From an uncultured Alphaproteobacteria bacterium (GTDB taxonomy: Bacteria; Pseudomonadota; Alphaproteobacteria; Rs-D84): a DNA stretch of 64,000 bases. The notes beneath the pieces were generated by a model, which was not told where the DNA came from, ran no database searches, and saw only the letters and a program-made list of their open reading frames with translations. The stretch lies in assembly GCA_944389465.1 (NCBI GenBank), contig CALXML010000004.1:14578-78577 (forward strand), written 5' to 3'. Below, piece by piece: positions 38,370-47,142 of this stretch. Within the stretch, counting starts at the first letter, position 1, and every line of letters begins with the position of its first letter. A program made the position numbers and the translations under genes.

Positions 38370-38789
38370 TTAGTCAGATAAATTACTAAACATTGAAGCG
38401 CGTATAGATGCTTCATCTCTCAAATTATACGCACATGTAGAAGCACAGTTTGTGGCACAGGAAGCAGCTGTGCTGTATGATCTAGAAAATACCCATTGTG
38501 AAACCGCCGGACTAATCATTCTGCACCAGCAATATTTATTGTTATCCAATGTATAAGATATTTCTACATAATAATTAGTTGTTGCACCCATTGAACCACC
38601 ATTTTGCGAGCCACAAAATGCAATCCCTTCAATAGACGTACCATCACATGTTGCAGAAAAGTCAGAATCCCGCCCAAAAAAACTAGAACACGTTGTTGAT
38701 GGTGTTAAGGCTACATATTTTGTAACCGCCGTGGCGGGTGGGATTGTGGCCGCGCAAATCAGGCCGGTGATTAATAAATATTTTTTCAT
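38370..38789 (-). CDS. Secreted Cys-rich protein (139 aa)
   Basis: GGAG RBS; MKKY signal peptide; CWC...WVF...CxxxCxxxC. Confidence 0.85.
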   Translation of the reverse strand: MKKYLLITGLICAATIPPATAVTKYVALTPSTTCSSFFGRDSDFSATCDGTSIEGIAFCGSQNGGSMGATTNYYVEISYTLDNNKYCWCRMISPAVSQWVFSRSYSTAASCATNCASTCAYNLRDEASIRASMFSNLSD

Positions 38790-38821
38790 ATTCTTATCTC
38801 CATTTTCTTTTGTTTGTGAAT

Positions 38822-38991
38822 AAAGAAAACCACCGGAATTTTCAGGTGGTTGGAGTTTAAGAACAATCACTATAATTGCGTGGTTTATTCAGTATATTCA
38901 CCACACTCCAACCATAATGGTTGGATTTGTTTTACGTCGGTGTCCGACGATAGTGAAGGGTTCTTAAGCCCAATATGGGAATACCCCATAT
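38822..38991 (-). ncRNA. C4/CI-antisense-like structured leader, copy 2
   Basis: Closing stem GGTTGGAGT/ACTCCAACC; compensatory changes relative to copy 1 in the inner stems, target boxes and terminator; TTGATT-16 bp-TATTAT promoter upstream. Confidence 0.78.
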
Positions 38992-39153
38992 CAATTTCAT
39001 AATATCACAGGTGACGGTTAAATCAACAGCAAAAGTTATCGGTCTGTGACCATACCCAGCACGAATGCCGGTAACGAGAAATCAGCAACTATTTTTGTTT
39101 GCCTTTTGTGGATTATTTTTGTATCGTTTCTGTATAATTTTGAAGGGTATATT

Positions 39154-39357
39154 ATGGACGAAAAAAAATTATCTTTTGAAGAGGCTTATAAACAACTGAC
39201 AGAACTGGTAAAAAAAATGGAATCCGGCGAATTGCCGTTGGCTGATTCTGTGGCTGCATATGAACAGGGAATTAAGTTAAAGGCATACTGTGAACAGTTA
39301 TTGAAAGAGGCCGAATTAAAAATTGAAACATTAAAAGTTACCCCGCAACAAGCATAA
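39154..39357 (+). CDS. xseB: Exodeoxyribonuclease VII small subunit
   Basis: SFEEA...L..LV..ME.G.L.L..S...YE.G..L...C...L..AE. Confidence 0.93.
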   Translation: MDEKKLSFEEAYKQLTELVKKMESGELPLADSVAAYEQGIKLKAYCEQLLKEAELKIETLKVTPQQA

Positions 39358-39367
39358 TGGATTTATC

Positions 39368-41938
39368 GTGGCTGAAAAAAGCAAATTAACCCCAGTTATG
39401 CAACAATACGTTGATATGAAGGGCGAAAACCCTGACGCATTGTTGATGTTTCGTTTGGGTGATTTTTACGAGGCTTTTTTTGAAGACGCCAAAACAATCA
39501 GTCGCACTTTGGGTTTGGTTCTGACCCAGCGTGGCACTGATGGCGACGGCGAAAATATTCCAATGTGCGGGATTCCGTGGCATGCGGCGGATAATTATTT
39601 TGGTCGTTTGGTGCGCGCGGGTTTTCGTGTTGCATTGGTGGAACAAATGGAAACGCCTGCACAGGCCAAGGCCCGCGGGCACAAGTTCATAGACCGAAAA
39701 ATCATTCGTGTTTTAACCCCCGGAACATTAACAGATGAAAATTTATTAACGCCAAAAAATTCTAATTTTTTAATTGCTGTTATTTTAACGGATGACAAGC
39801 AATTTGAAATTGCGGGTTGTGATATTTCCACCGGTGAATTTTTTGTTGGGCGCACGGCTGATATATTGGATGATTTGGTACGCATCAATCCGGCCGAGGT
39901 TATTTATCCAGAACCCTTGGCTGAAAATGAAACAATTATGCATCTGCGCGATGTGTTCAAAACAACGCCGGTGTATGAAAAATTGTATCATCGTGCGGAT
40001 ATTGATAAAATAGTGGGCAGTGTTTTTGGCGGTGCTGTTGCCACCGGTGATAATATTGCCATAACGTATGACAGTGCAATTAAGTTATTGGCCGGATATT
40101 TATTTAATACCCAGCGTGGCGCGTCAATAACATTCCGCGCGCCTTATTTATATAAGTCTGGGCGTCAGTTATTGATTGATTCCGCCACATGGAAAAGTTT
40201 GGAAATAGATGCGCCAATGAATGACGGCGGCCTGTGTTTGGTTGATGTGCTGGATAATACTAAAACAGCGGCGGGCGCACGTAAATTACGTTCTTATTTG
40301 CGCACATTATCGGCGGACGTAAATGAAATACATCGCCGGCAATCGCACATTGGGCATATGGTTTTGAACAGGGATGTCGCGGGCGCGGTTGAAAATATGT
40401 TATCGTCTGTGCCTGATGTTGGGCGCAGTTTATCACGTCTGTTGTCTGGCCGTGGTACACCACGTGATATGCGCCACGTAACAGATTTTATGATTGAATT
40501 GCCAAATGCAAAAATGTTGGGCGCACGTCTGGATGATGAAATGGCCGCGCGTTTTGCGAACATAAATACGCATGATGAATTGGCATTAAAATTAAATTCG
40601 GCATTAAATGATGAATTGCCAACTTTTTTCCGTGATGGCAATGTTGTACGCGCCGGTTTTGATGCATCGTTGGATAATATGCGTGGTTTGGCACACGGGG
40701 CCAAGGAAACAATTGCCAGTATGCAATCTGAATATGCCGCGTCCACCGGCATACATAACCTGAAAATAAAATATAATAATATTTTGGGCTATTTCATAGA
40801 AGTTCCATCCGCACGCGCAGATGTTTTAATGCAACCGGAATCGGGCTTTATACATCGTCAAACAATGTCCGGTAATATGCGTTTTACAACCGCGCGGTTA
40901 ATAGATTTGGATAATGATGTGCGGTCGGCCGCTGAAAAATCTGCCGCCATAGAGGCTGAAATAATATCCAACCTGATTGATGAAATTCGCATCGCGTCCG
41001 ATGATTTATTGGCCACGGCGGATTTGCTGGCGGATTTAGACACTTGGTATTCTTTGGCCGTTGTGGCGGATAAATATTCATGGGTGCGGCCTGAAATTAC
41101 CGATGATGTTGCGTTTGATGTTGTTGGTGGCCGACATCCGGTGATTGATTTCGTACTGCGTCGCACGGGTGACAATTTTGTTAAAAATGATTGTAATTTA
41201 AACGTTAAATCGGTTGCATTATTAACAGGCCCAAATATGGCTGGTAAGTCAACATATTTGCGTCAAAATGCATTATTGGTTGTGTTGGCGCATCTGGGGT
41301 CGTTTGTGCCGGCAGTGCGTGCAACAATTGGCATTTGTGACCAGTTGTTCAGTCGCGTTGGTGCATCTGATAACTTGGCGGCGGGCCAGTCAACCTTTAT
41401 GGTGGAAATGAGTGAAACCGCCAATATCTTGCGCCGTGCGACAAAGCAATCTTTTATAATTTTTGATGAAATAGGTCGCGGCACATCAACATATGATGGT
41501 ATGGCCATTGCGCAGGCTGTTTTGGAATACGTTGACGAACTGCGTGCACGAACTTTATTTGCCACGCATTATCATGAATTAACCGCACTGGTTGGTGATG
41601 ACGCGGGACAGTTGCAAAATGTGTCCTGTTTGACCATTGATGTGCGCGAACATAATAACGAAATAATATTTATGCATAAAATAATTTCAGGTGTTGCAAA
41701 TCGTTCATATGGGATTCAGGTTGCAAAAATGGCGGGTATGCCGGCATCTGTTGTTGCCCGTGCACAACAGGTTCTGGATGGACTGGAATCACACAATCAC
41801 ACACTGTGTGACACCGGTAACGATGCCCAAACATCAATTGCGCAACAGAATGCACCCGAACGAAAAACATCGGATAAGTCGCAGCCCCGTGTTGCAGAAC
41901 CACAAAAACACAGTGTTCAATTGAACCTGTTTGGATAA
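39368..41938 (+). CDS. mutS: DNA mismatch repair protein MutS
   Basis: TPVMQQY, GDFYE, TGPNMAGKSTYLRQ, STFMVEM, DEIGRGTST, FATHY. Confidence 0.97.
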   Translation: MAEKSKLTPVMQQYVDMKGENPDALLMFRLGDFYEAFFEDAKTISRTLGLVLTQRGTDGDGENIPMCGIPWHAADNYFGRLVRAGFRVALVEQMETPAQAKARGHKFIDRKIIRVLTPGTLTDENLLTPKNSNFLIAVILTDDKQFEIAGCDISTGEFFVGRTADILDDLVRINPAEVIYPEPLAENETIMHLRDVFKTTPVYEKLYHRADIDKIVGSVFGGAVATGDNIAITYDSAIKLLAGYLFNTQRGASITFRAPYLYKSGRQLLIDSATWKSLEIDAPMNDGGLCLVDVLDNTKTAAGARKLRSYLRTLSADVNEIHRRQSHIGHMVLNRDVAGAVENMLSSVPDVGRSLSRLLSGRGTPRDMRHVTDFMIELPNAKMLGARLDDEMAARFANINTHDELALKLNSALNDELPTFFRDGNVVRAGFDASLDNMRGLAHGAKETIASMQSEYAASTGIHNLKIKYNNILGYFIEVPSARADVLMQPESGFIHRQTMSGNMRFTTARLIDLDNDVRSAAEKSAAIEAEIISNLIDEIRIASDDLLATADLLADLDTWYSLAVVADKYSWVRPEITDDVAFDVVGGRHPVIDFVLRRTGDNFVKNDCNLNVKSVALLTGPNMAGKSTYLRQNALLVVLAHLGSFVPAVRATIGICDQLFSRVGASDNLAAGQSTFMVEMSETANILRRATKQSFIIFDEIGRGTSTYDGMAIAQAVLEYVDELRARTLFATHYHELTALVGDDAGQLQNVSCLTIDVREHNNEIIFMHKIISGVANRSYGIQVAKMAGMPASVVARAQQVLDGLESHNHTLCDTGNDAQTSIAQQNAPERKTSDKSQPRVAEPQKHSVQLNLFG

Positions 41939-41949
41939 AAGGAAAAAGT

Positions 41950-42432
41950 ATGTATGTTCGCCCGTTAATAGTATTCAAAACCCCATTTTATCAGCCAGCC
42001 TACAGCGAGTTCAGAAATCCGTCAGAATTGCAGAAATTTTTGGCGGGTTTTGACTTTATGCGTCCGCATACATGTTCACGCCTGCAAACTGGGTTGCCAG
42101 AATTTCAATTGGGGACTAAATTGGAATTTACATTGGACGGGTATTTTTGCGAATCAAACATACAGTGGGGACCACGTTTTATAGTTGGGCGTTCGGTACG
42201 TACAGATGGCCATCGCATAATCGCAGAAATCCCAATGGATGTTGCGGATACGGATGGCAAAATGGTAAGACGCGAATATAAAACAGTTCAATTACACCGC
42301 GGTATGGCAGACGCCATAATAAATTTGCAAAATATGCAACAACTGTGGCCACGCACAGAAGAAAGCCGTTCGGAATTTGTAAAGTTTTTAACATATCTGA
42401 ATCGTCAAAAATATCAAATAAAGCGCAGATAA
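41950..42432 (+). CDS. Hypothetical protein
   Basis: 160-aa ORF with AAGGA RBS, tightly packed between mutS and truB. Confidence 0.7.
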   Translation: MYVRPLIVFKTPFYQPAYSEFRNPSELQKFLAGFDFMRPHTCSRLQTGLPEFQLGTKLEFTLDGYFCESNIQWGPRFIVGRSVRTDGHRIIAEIPMDVADTDGKMVRREYKTVQLHRGMADAIINLQNMQQLWPRTEESRSEFVKFLTYLNRQKYQIKRR

Positions 42433-42433
42433 A

Positions 42434-43306
42434 ATGGATTCTGGTTGGATAATTTTGGACAAGCCGTCTGGTATGTTTTCGCGTCGCGCCGCTGGTATTG
42501 TTGCGCGGATGTTTGGGGCACGTACATTTGGTCATATCGGCACGTTGGATGAAATGGCATCTGGGGTATTGCCAATTGCGCTGGGGGCGGCAACAAAAAT
42601 GATTCCATTTGTGGAAATGGCGCGCCCATCTGTTAAAGAATATGAATTTTCATGCGTTTTTGGTTATGAAACAGATACGCTGGATGCATTGGGACATGAA
42701 ATTGCGCGAACAGATATAATCCCGTCACAATCCGCGGTTGAACGGGCCGTGTCACAGTCAATTGGTGATATTGAACAAATTCCACCAATATACAGTGCGG
42801 TGCATATTAATGGTCGGCGTGCATATGATGTGGCGCGTCGGGGTGGGGCAGTTGATTTACCGCCACACCATGTGCATATTGATTCATTAAATTTATTGAA
42901 CATAAATGGCGCGGTGTGGACATTTCGCACACGTTGTTCCCGTGGGACATATGTGCGTGCAATTGCACGTGATATTGCCAAAATTTGTGGCACATTGGCC
43001 ACTGTTACAATGATTCGCCGTACGGAAAGCATTGGTTTCAGTGTAAAAAATGCAGTACAACTTGATTTTTTGGAAAATCTGTTTAATAATGGTGGGGATT
43101 TCAGACAATATCTGAAACCAATTGATTTCGGACTGGGGGACATTCCGGTTTGGAATCTGGATGATAAATCGGCCGTGTTATATAAGAATGGCGGATTTAT
43201 TGAAACGGGTGACGCGGATGGTCTGCGCCGTGTGTACAGTGGTTCTGAATTTATCGGAATCGGAATGGTTGCGGATGGCGTGTTGCGCCCAAAACGAACA
43301 ATTTAA
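42434..43306 (+). CDS. truB: tRNA pseudouridine(55) synthase
   Basis: LDKPSG, GHIGTLD..ASGVL, PPIYSA, CSRGTYVR. Confidence 0.95.
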   Translation: MDSGWIILDKPSGMFSRRAAGIVARMFGARTFGHIGTLDEMASGVLPIALGAATKMIPFVEMARPSVKEYEFSCVFGYETDTLDALGHEIARTDIIPSQSAVERAVSQSIGDIEQIPPIYSAVHINGRRAYDVARRGGAVDLPPHHVHIDSLNLLNINGAVWTFRTRCSRGTYVRAIARDIAKICGTLATVTMIRRTESIGFSVKNAVQLDFLENLFNNGGDFRQYLKPIDFGLGDIPVWNLDDKSAVLYKNGGFIETGDADGLRRVYSGSEFIGIGMVADGVLRPKRTI

Positions 43307-43324
43307 CGATAAAGGAAAACGATA

Positions 43325-43597
43325 ATGTCCATTACAAAAGAAAAGAAAAGCGAATTGATTCAGGCGTACAAAACAACTGACAAGGATAACGGTGGTTCTG
43401 CTGCGTCACAGGTTGCTGTTTTAACAGAACGCATTCGCAATTTGACGGAACATATGAAAAACAATCACAAAGACCAACATTCAAAACGTGGTTTGTTGTT
43501 GATGGTAAACCGTCGTAAAAAATTATTGGCATACATTAAAAAACGTAATGTATCCGAATACGAAGAACTGATTAAGAAATTGGGTCTGCGTAAATAA
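43325..43597 (+). CDS. rpsO: 30S ribosomal protein S15
   Basis: [26 protein letters not shown]. Confidence 0.97.
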   Translation: MSITKEKKSELIQAYKTTDKDNGGSAASQVAVLTERIRNLTEHMKNNHKDQHSKRGLLLMVNRRKKLLAYIKKRNVSEYEELIKKLGLRK

Positions 43598-43781
43598 TTA
43601 ACGGGGCATTGCCCCGTTTTTGCTGCAAAAAATGTATAACGAAAAAGTTTGCATATGGGCAAATATCTTTTATAATCACATAATGCGAAGGATAAATTAT
43701 TCATTCTTGCATTTTATTTGGAATGCAAAAACGAATGATTTTTCTTCGCAATAAAAAAGCAGTAAATATGGAGAAAAAAAT

Positions 43782-45950
43782 ATGTTATTTGGTTTATTTA
43801 ACAAAGATGAAAAAAAACATTTAAATAATCCGGTTGTGGTTGAAATACCGTACGGTGATGAAACATTGCGTCTGGAAACGGGCCGTATGGCAAAGCAGGC
43901 CAATGGTTCTGTTTTGGCAACAATGGGTGGCACAATGGTTTTGGCAACGGTTTGTGCAGAAAAGACCGCAGTAGAAGGTCAGGATTTTTTTCCTTTGACG
44001 GTTGATTATCAGGAAAAGTTTGCATCTGCTGGTCGTATCCCCGGTTCACGCGACAGACGCGAGGGCAAGGCCTCTACCAGTGAAACATTGATTGCGCGTT
44101 TGATTGACCGCCCAATTCGTCCGTTGTTTCCTGAAACCTTTAAGAACAAGGTTCAAATAGTGGCACAGGTTTTTTCTTATGATAAAAAGAATCAACCTGA
44201 TATTTTGGCAATGATTGCATCATCTGCGGCGTTGGCATTATCTGGTGTTCCGTTTGCTGGCCCAATTGGTGCGGCGCGTGTTGGCTATGCAGATGGTAAA
44301 TATGTTTTAAATCCATCCAAAAAATTCACAGAAGATTCAGAAATGGATTTGGTTGTTGCCGCGACCAAGGATGGCGTGTTAATGGTTGAATCCGAAATCG
44401 GCGAATTGGACGAAGAAACAGTTTTGGGCGCGGTTAAATTTGGCTTTGATGCTCAGCAAACTGTTATTAACGCAATTAATGAATTGGCGGACGCAGCGGG
44501 CAAAGAACGTTGGGCCGTACCTGAAAAATCCGCTGAATACATCGCAATGGAACAAGATTTTGAATCTTTTGCTGGTGATATTGAATCCGCATTACAGATT
44601 AAGGAAAAGTTGGTTCGTTTGGACACTTTGGCACAAATTCATACTGCGGCCAAGGCACGTATTGCGGAATTATTTCCTGAAACAGAAACGGCCACATCAA
44701 CATTGGAATCATGGGCCGACGAAATCGTTGAAAATATTACTGCACGTATTATGCGTGGCAATATTTTGGCGGGTCATCCACGTATTGACGGGCGTGATAA
44801 TAAAACAGTTCGTCCAATTGAAATTGAATTGGGCGTATTACCACGTGCACACGGTTCTGCATTATTCACCCGCGGTGAAACACAGGCTTTGGTTTCATTA
44901 ACATTGGGTGGTGGCAAGGATGCATTACCAATTGAAAGTCTGGACGGGGCCGAAGAACGCGATTTCATATTAAACTATAACTTCCCCGGATATTCTGTTG
45001 GCGAATGCAAGGGATTAAAATCCCCCGGTCGTCGTGAAATAGGTCACGGTAATTTGGCATGGCGTGCATTGCACCCGATGATGCCATCGCGCAGCGAATT
45101 TGACTATGTCGTGCGTGTTGTGTCTGACATTTTGGAATCAAATGGTTCGTCATCCATGGCAACAACATGCGGCGCGACATTGGCAATGATGGATGGCGGT
45201 GTGCCATTAAAGCGTCCTGTGGCCGGTATCGCAATGGGATTGATTAAAGAGGGTGATGATTACGCCATTTTAACCGACATTTTGGGTGACGAAGACCACT
45301 TGGGCGATATGGATTTCAAGGTTACTGGTACATCACAGGGTATTACCGCCCTGCAGATGGATATTAAAATTACATCCATAACCTTTGAAATTATGAAACA
45401 CGCATTGGAACAGGCGCGCGATGGCCGTATGCACATTTTGGGCAAGATTGAGAAAGCGATTAAAGCCCCACGTGCACAGGTATCTGAATACGCACCACAA
45501 ATGTACACAATGAAAATCAATCCGGACAAGGTTCGTGATGTCATTGGCAAGGGCGGTGTTGTTATTCAGGCCCTGACACGCGACACAAATACCACCATTG
45601 ATTTAGAAGATGACGGCACAGTAAAAATTATGGCCACGTCCAAGGAAGATGCTGATGCAGCAATCGCGCGGATAAAGGACATTGTTGCCGAACCAGAAGT
45701 TGGTGAAATATATGCTGGTGTCGTATCAGGTGTCAAAGATTTTGGCTTGTTTGTCAAGATATTGAACGGTTTTGAATCCATGGTTCATATATCTGAAATT
45801 ACTGGCGAACGCATTGCTAAAATAGAAGATGCCGGATATAAAGAGGGCGATAAAGTATTTGTACGATTCTTGGGCGCGGACAAGCGTGGAAAAACACGTA
45901 TGTCCATGGTTGGAATTGACCAAAAATCGGGCAAAGAAATAAAAAAATAA
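43782..45950 (+). CDS. pnp: Polyribonucleotide nucleotidyltransferase
   Basis: FFPLTVDY, RLIDRPIRP, RREIGHG, ESNGSSSMA, GDMDFKV, KH and S1 domains. Confidence 0.98.
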   Translation: MLFGLFNKDEKKHLNNPVVVEIPYGDETLRLETGRMAKQANGSVLATMGGTMVLATVCAEKTAVEGQDFFPLTVDYQEKFASAGRIPGSRDRREGKASTSETLIARLIDRPIRPLFPETFKNKVQIVAQVFSYDKKNQPDILAMIASSAALALSGVPFAGPIGAARVGYADGKYVLNPSKKFTEDSEMDLVVAATKDGVLMVESEIGELDEETVLGAVKFGFDAQQTVINAINELADAAGKERWAVPEKSAEYIAMEQDFESFAGDIESALQIKEKLVRLDTLAQIHTAAKARIAELFPETETATSTLESWADEIVENITARIMRGNILAGHPRIDGRDNKTVRPIEIELGVLPRAHGSALFTRGETQALVSLTLGGGKDALPIESLDGAEERDFILNYNFPGYSVGECKGLKSPGRREIGHGNLAWRALHPMMPSRSEFDYVVRVVSDILESNGSSSMATTCGATLAMMDGGVPLKRPVAGIAMGLIKEGDDYAILTDILGDEDHLGDMDFKVTGTSQGITALQMDIKITSITFEIMKHALEQARDGRMHILGKIEKAIKAPRAQVSEYAPQMYTMKINPDKVRDVIGKGGVVIQALTRDTNTTIDLEDDGTVKIMATSKEDADAAIARIKDIVAEPEVGEIYAGVVSGVKDFGLFVKILNGFESMVHISEITGERIAKIEDAGYKEGDKVFVRFLGADKRGKTRMSMVGIDQKSGKEIKK

Positions 45951-45994
45951 AGTAAACAAATAAATGCGCCCGATGGGCGCATTTATAAACGCAA

Positions 45995-46309
45995 ATGGGG
46001 AAAGAAGAAATGGATATGGAAACTTTATTGGCACAGGCCAATGCATTACAGGAAAAAGTTAATAATGCCCAAAATCAACTGGCCAGTATGCATGTCAAGG
46101 GAATTGCCGACGGCGGTGCGGTAATAATTGATATGACTGGTAAATATGATTTGGCAAATTTGACAATTCGTGATGATGTAATGTCGCGTGGTGCGGCGGC
46201 TGTGGCAGAATTGGTAAGTGCCGCATATAATGATGCAAAACAAAAGGCAGATGAATTAATTGACCGTGTAATGGGCGCGGCCACGGCCGGTGTTCCATTG
46301 CCGGAATAG
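45995..46309 (+). CDS. YbaB/EbfC nucleoid-associated protein (start may be 46010 or 46016)
   Basis: AQ..L....V.G..DGG.V.I.M.G ... L..AAYNDA pattern. Confidence 0.85.
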   Translation: MGKEEMDMETLLAQANALQEKVNNAQNQLASMHVKGIADGGAVIIDMTGKYDLANLTIRDDVMSRGAAAVAELVSAAYNDAKQKADELIDRVMGAATAGVPLPE

Positions 46310-46369
46310 GGTACAGAATAAAAAACTGGACAAGTGGGAAAAAATGGTTTATTATACTGCCACTGTTTC

Positions 46370-46446
46370 GGATGTTTAGCTCAGTTGATTAGAGCATCTC
46401 GTTTACACCGAGAGGGTCGGGGGTTTGAGTCCCTCAACATCCACCA
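46370..46446 (+). tRNA. tRNA-Val(TAC)
   Basis: GGATGTT...AACATCC-ACCA; anticodon arm TCTCG-TTTACAC-CGAGA. Confidence 0.95.
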
Positions 46447-46731
46447 CAAAACATAATCGCCCAATGGGCGATTTTATTTTGTGCATGGGGATGTGGGACG
46501 AAAACCCCCGCGGGGTGTTTGACAATGAGTCAGCGAGCATTTTAATAAAATGCGAGTGCAGTACGCATCAGCGTACGTGAACGAATGCCCCGCAGCCGGC
46601 GATATTAACGCCGTGCGAGGGAATCCGAGTATATAAGGTCAAGCGACGCGCAGACCGAATAACTATTGAGGATACCCGCAGCCGGCGGTATTAACGCCGT
46701 GCGAGGGAATCCCTCAACATCCACCACAAAA
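46430..46731. mobile_element. Non-coding element of about 280 bp flanked by a duplicated tRNA-Val 3' end
   Basis: TCCCTCAACATCCACCACAAAA at 46430-46451 and 46710-46731; internal 38-bp direct repeats. Confidence 0.6.
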
Positions 46732-46769
46732 TTTCGTTAACGAACGCAGTGAGTTTAAGAAATTTTAGT

Positions 46770-46807
46770 GCCACACGAAGCCTTGCGCGAAGTGTGGCTT
46801 TTTTTTT
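46770..46807. repeat. REP-like palindrome or terminator
   Basis: GCCACAC-GAAGCCTTGCGCGAA-GTGTGGC plus T-run; related to 17462-17488. Confidence 0.7.
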
Positions 46808-46869
46808 ACCACCCAACGGCAAAGATTTTCACACGCCCCCGCGGGGTGTGGTTTTTTATTTCATATTCC

Positions 46870-46898
46870 TTGCCTTATTTTTATTTATTGTTTATGAT
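46870..46898 (+). promoter_or_regulatory. Sigma70 promoter of leader copy 3 and the glycosyltransferase
   Basis: TTGCCT-17 bp-TATGAT. Confidence 0.7.
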
Positions 46899-46904
46899 TG
46901 GTTT

Positions 46905-47118
46905 GAATCCACAGGGATGTGGCTTCGGGTCTTTCAAAACCCATAACACGCGGTGCGATATGCATCGTAATCCATATAAGCAGATGATGCATTTTGCATC
47001 GTATGCCCGACGTCAGGTGTCGGGTGTCTGATGTTATACAACAGGTTTTACCAAAAGCATCGGGGTCATCGTGTTATGATTTTGAAAACGCCCGACCGCC
47101 ATTTACTGTGGCGGTTTA
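46905..47118 (+). ncRNA. C4/CI-antisense-like structured leader, copy 3 (divergent sequence, same architecture)
   Basis: Closing stem GTCGGGTGT/ACGCCCGAC, two inner hairpins, TTTCAAAA+CATAACACG target, overlapping terminator. Confidence 0.7.
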
Positions 47119-47142
47119 ATCATTTCTTATGGGGCGTTTTAT

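Noticed and set aside
37974-38416. Alternative-frame ORFs over the 92-aa gene and repeat element
   Set aside because: They translate repeat DNA or overlap a better ORF that has an RBS and signal peptide
38370-38789. Diversity-generating retroelement target
   Set aside because: No template/variable repeat pair or reverse transcriptase in the window
46589-46712. Mini CRISPR array (38-bp repeats, 48-bp spacer)
   Set aside because: Only two repeats, no cas genes, and the spacer is itself a structured repeat homologous to 37862-37947
46749-47031. Two short ORFs (65 and 87 aa)
   Set aside because: They cover palindromes, a promoter and the structured leader; no RBS
46905-47118. 6S RNA, SRP RNA, tmRNA or RNase P RNA
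   Set aside because: No SRP GGAA/GCAG core, tRNA-like ends or RNase P GAGGAAAGTCC motif; the long pairing is better explained by the leader architecture (6S is not formally excluded without an Rfam search)
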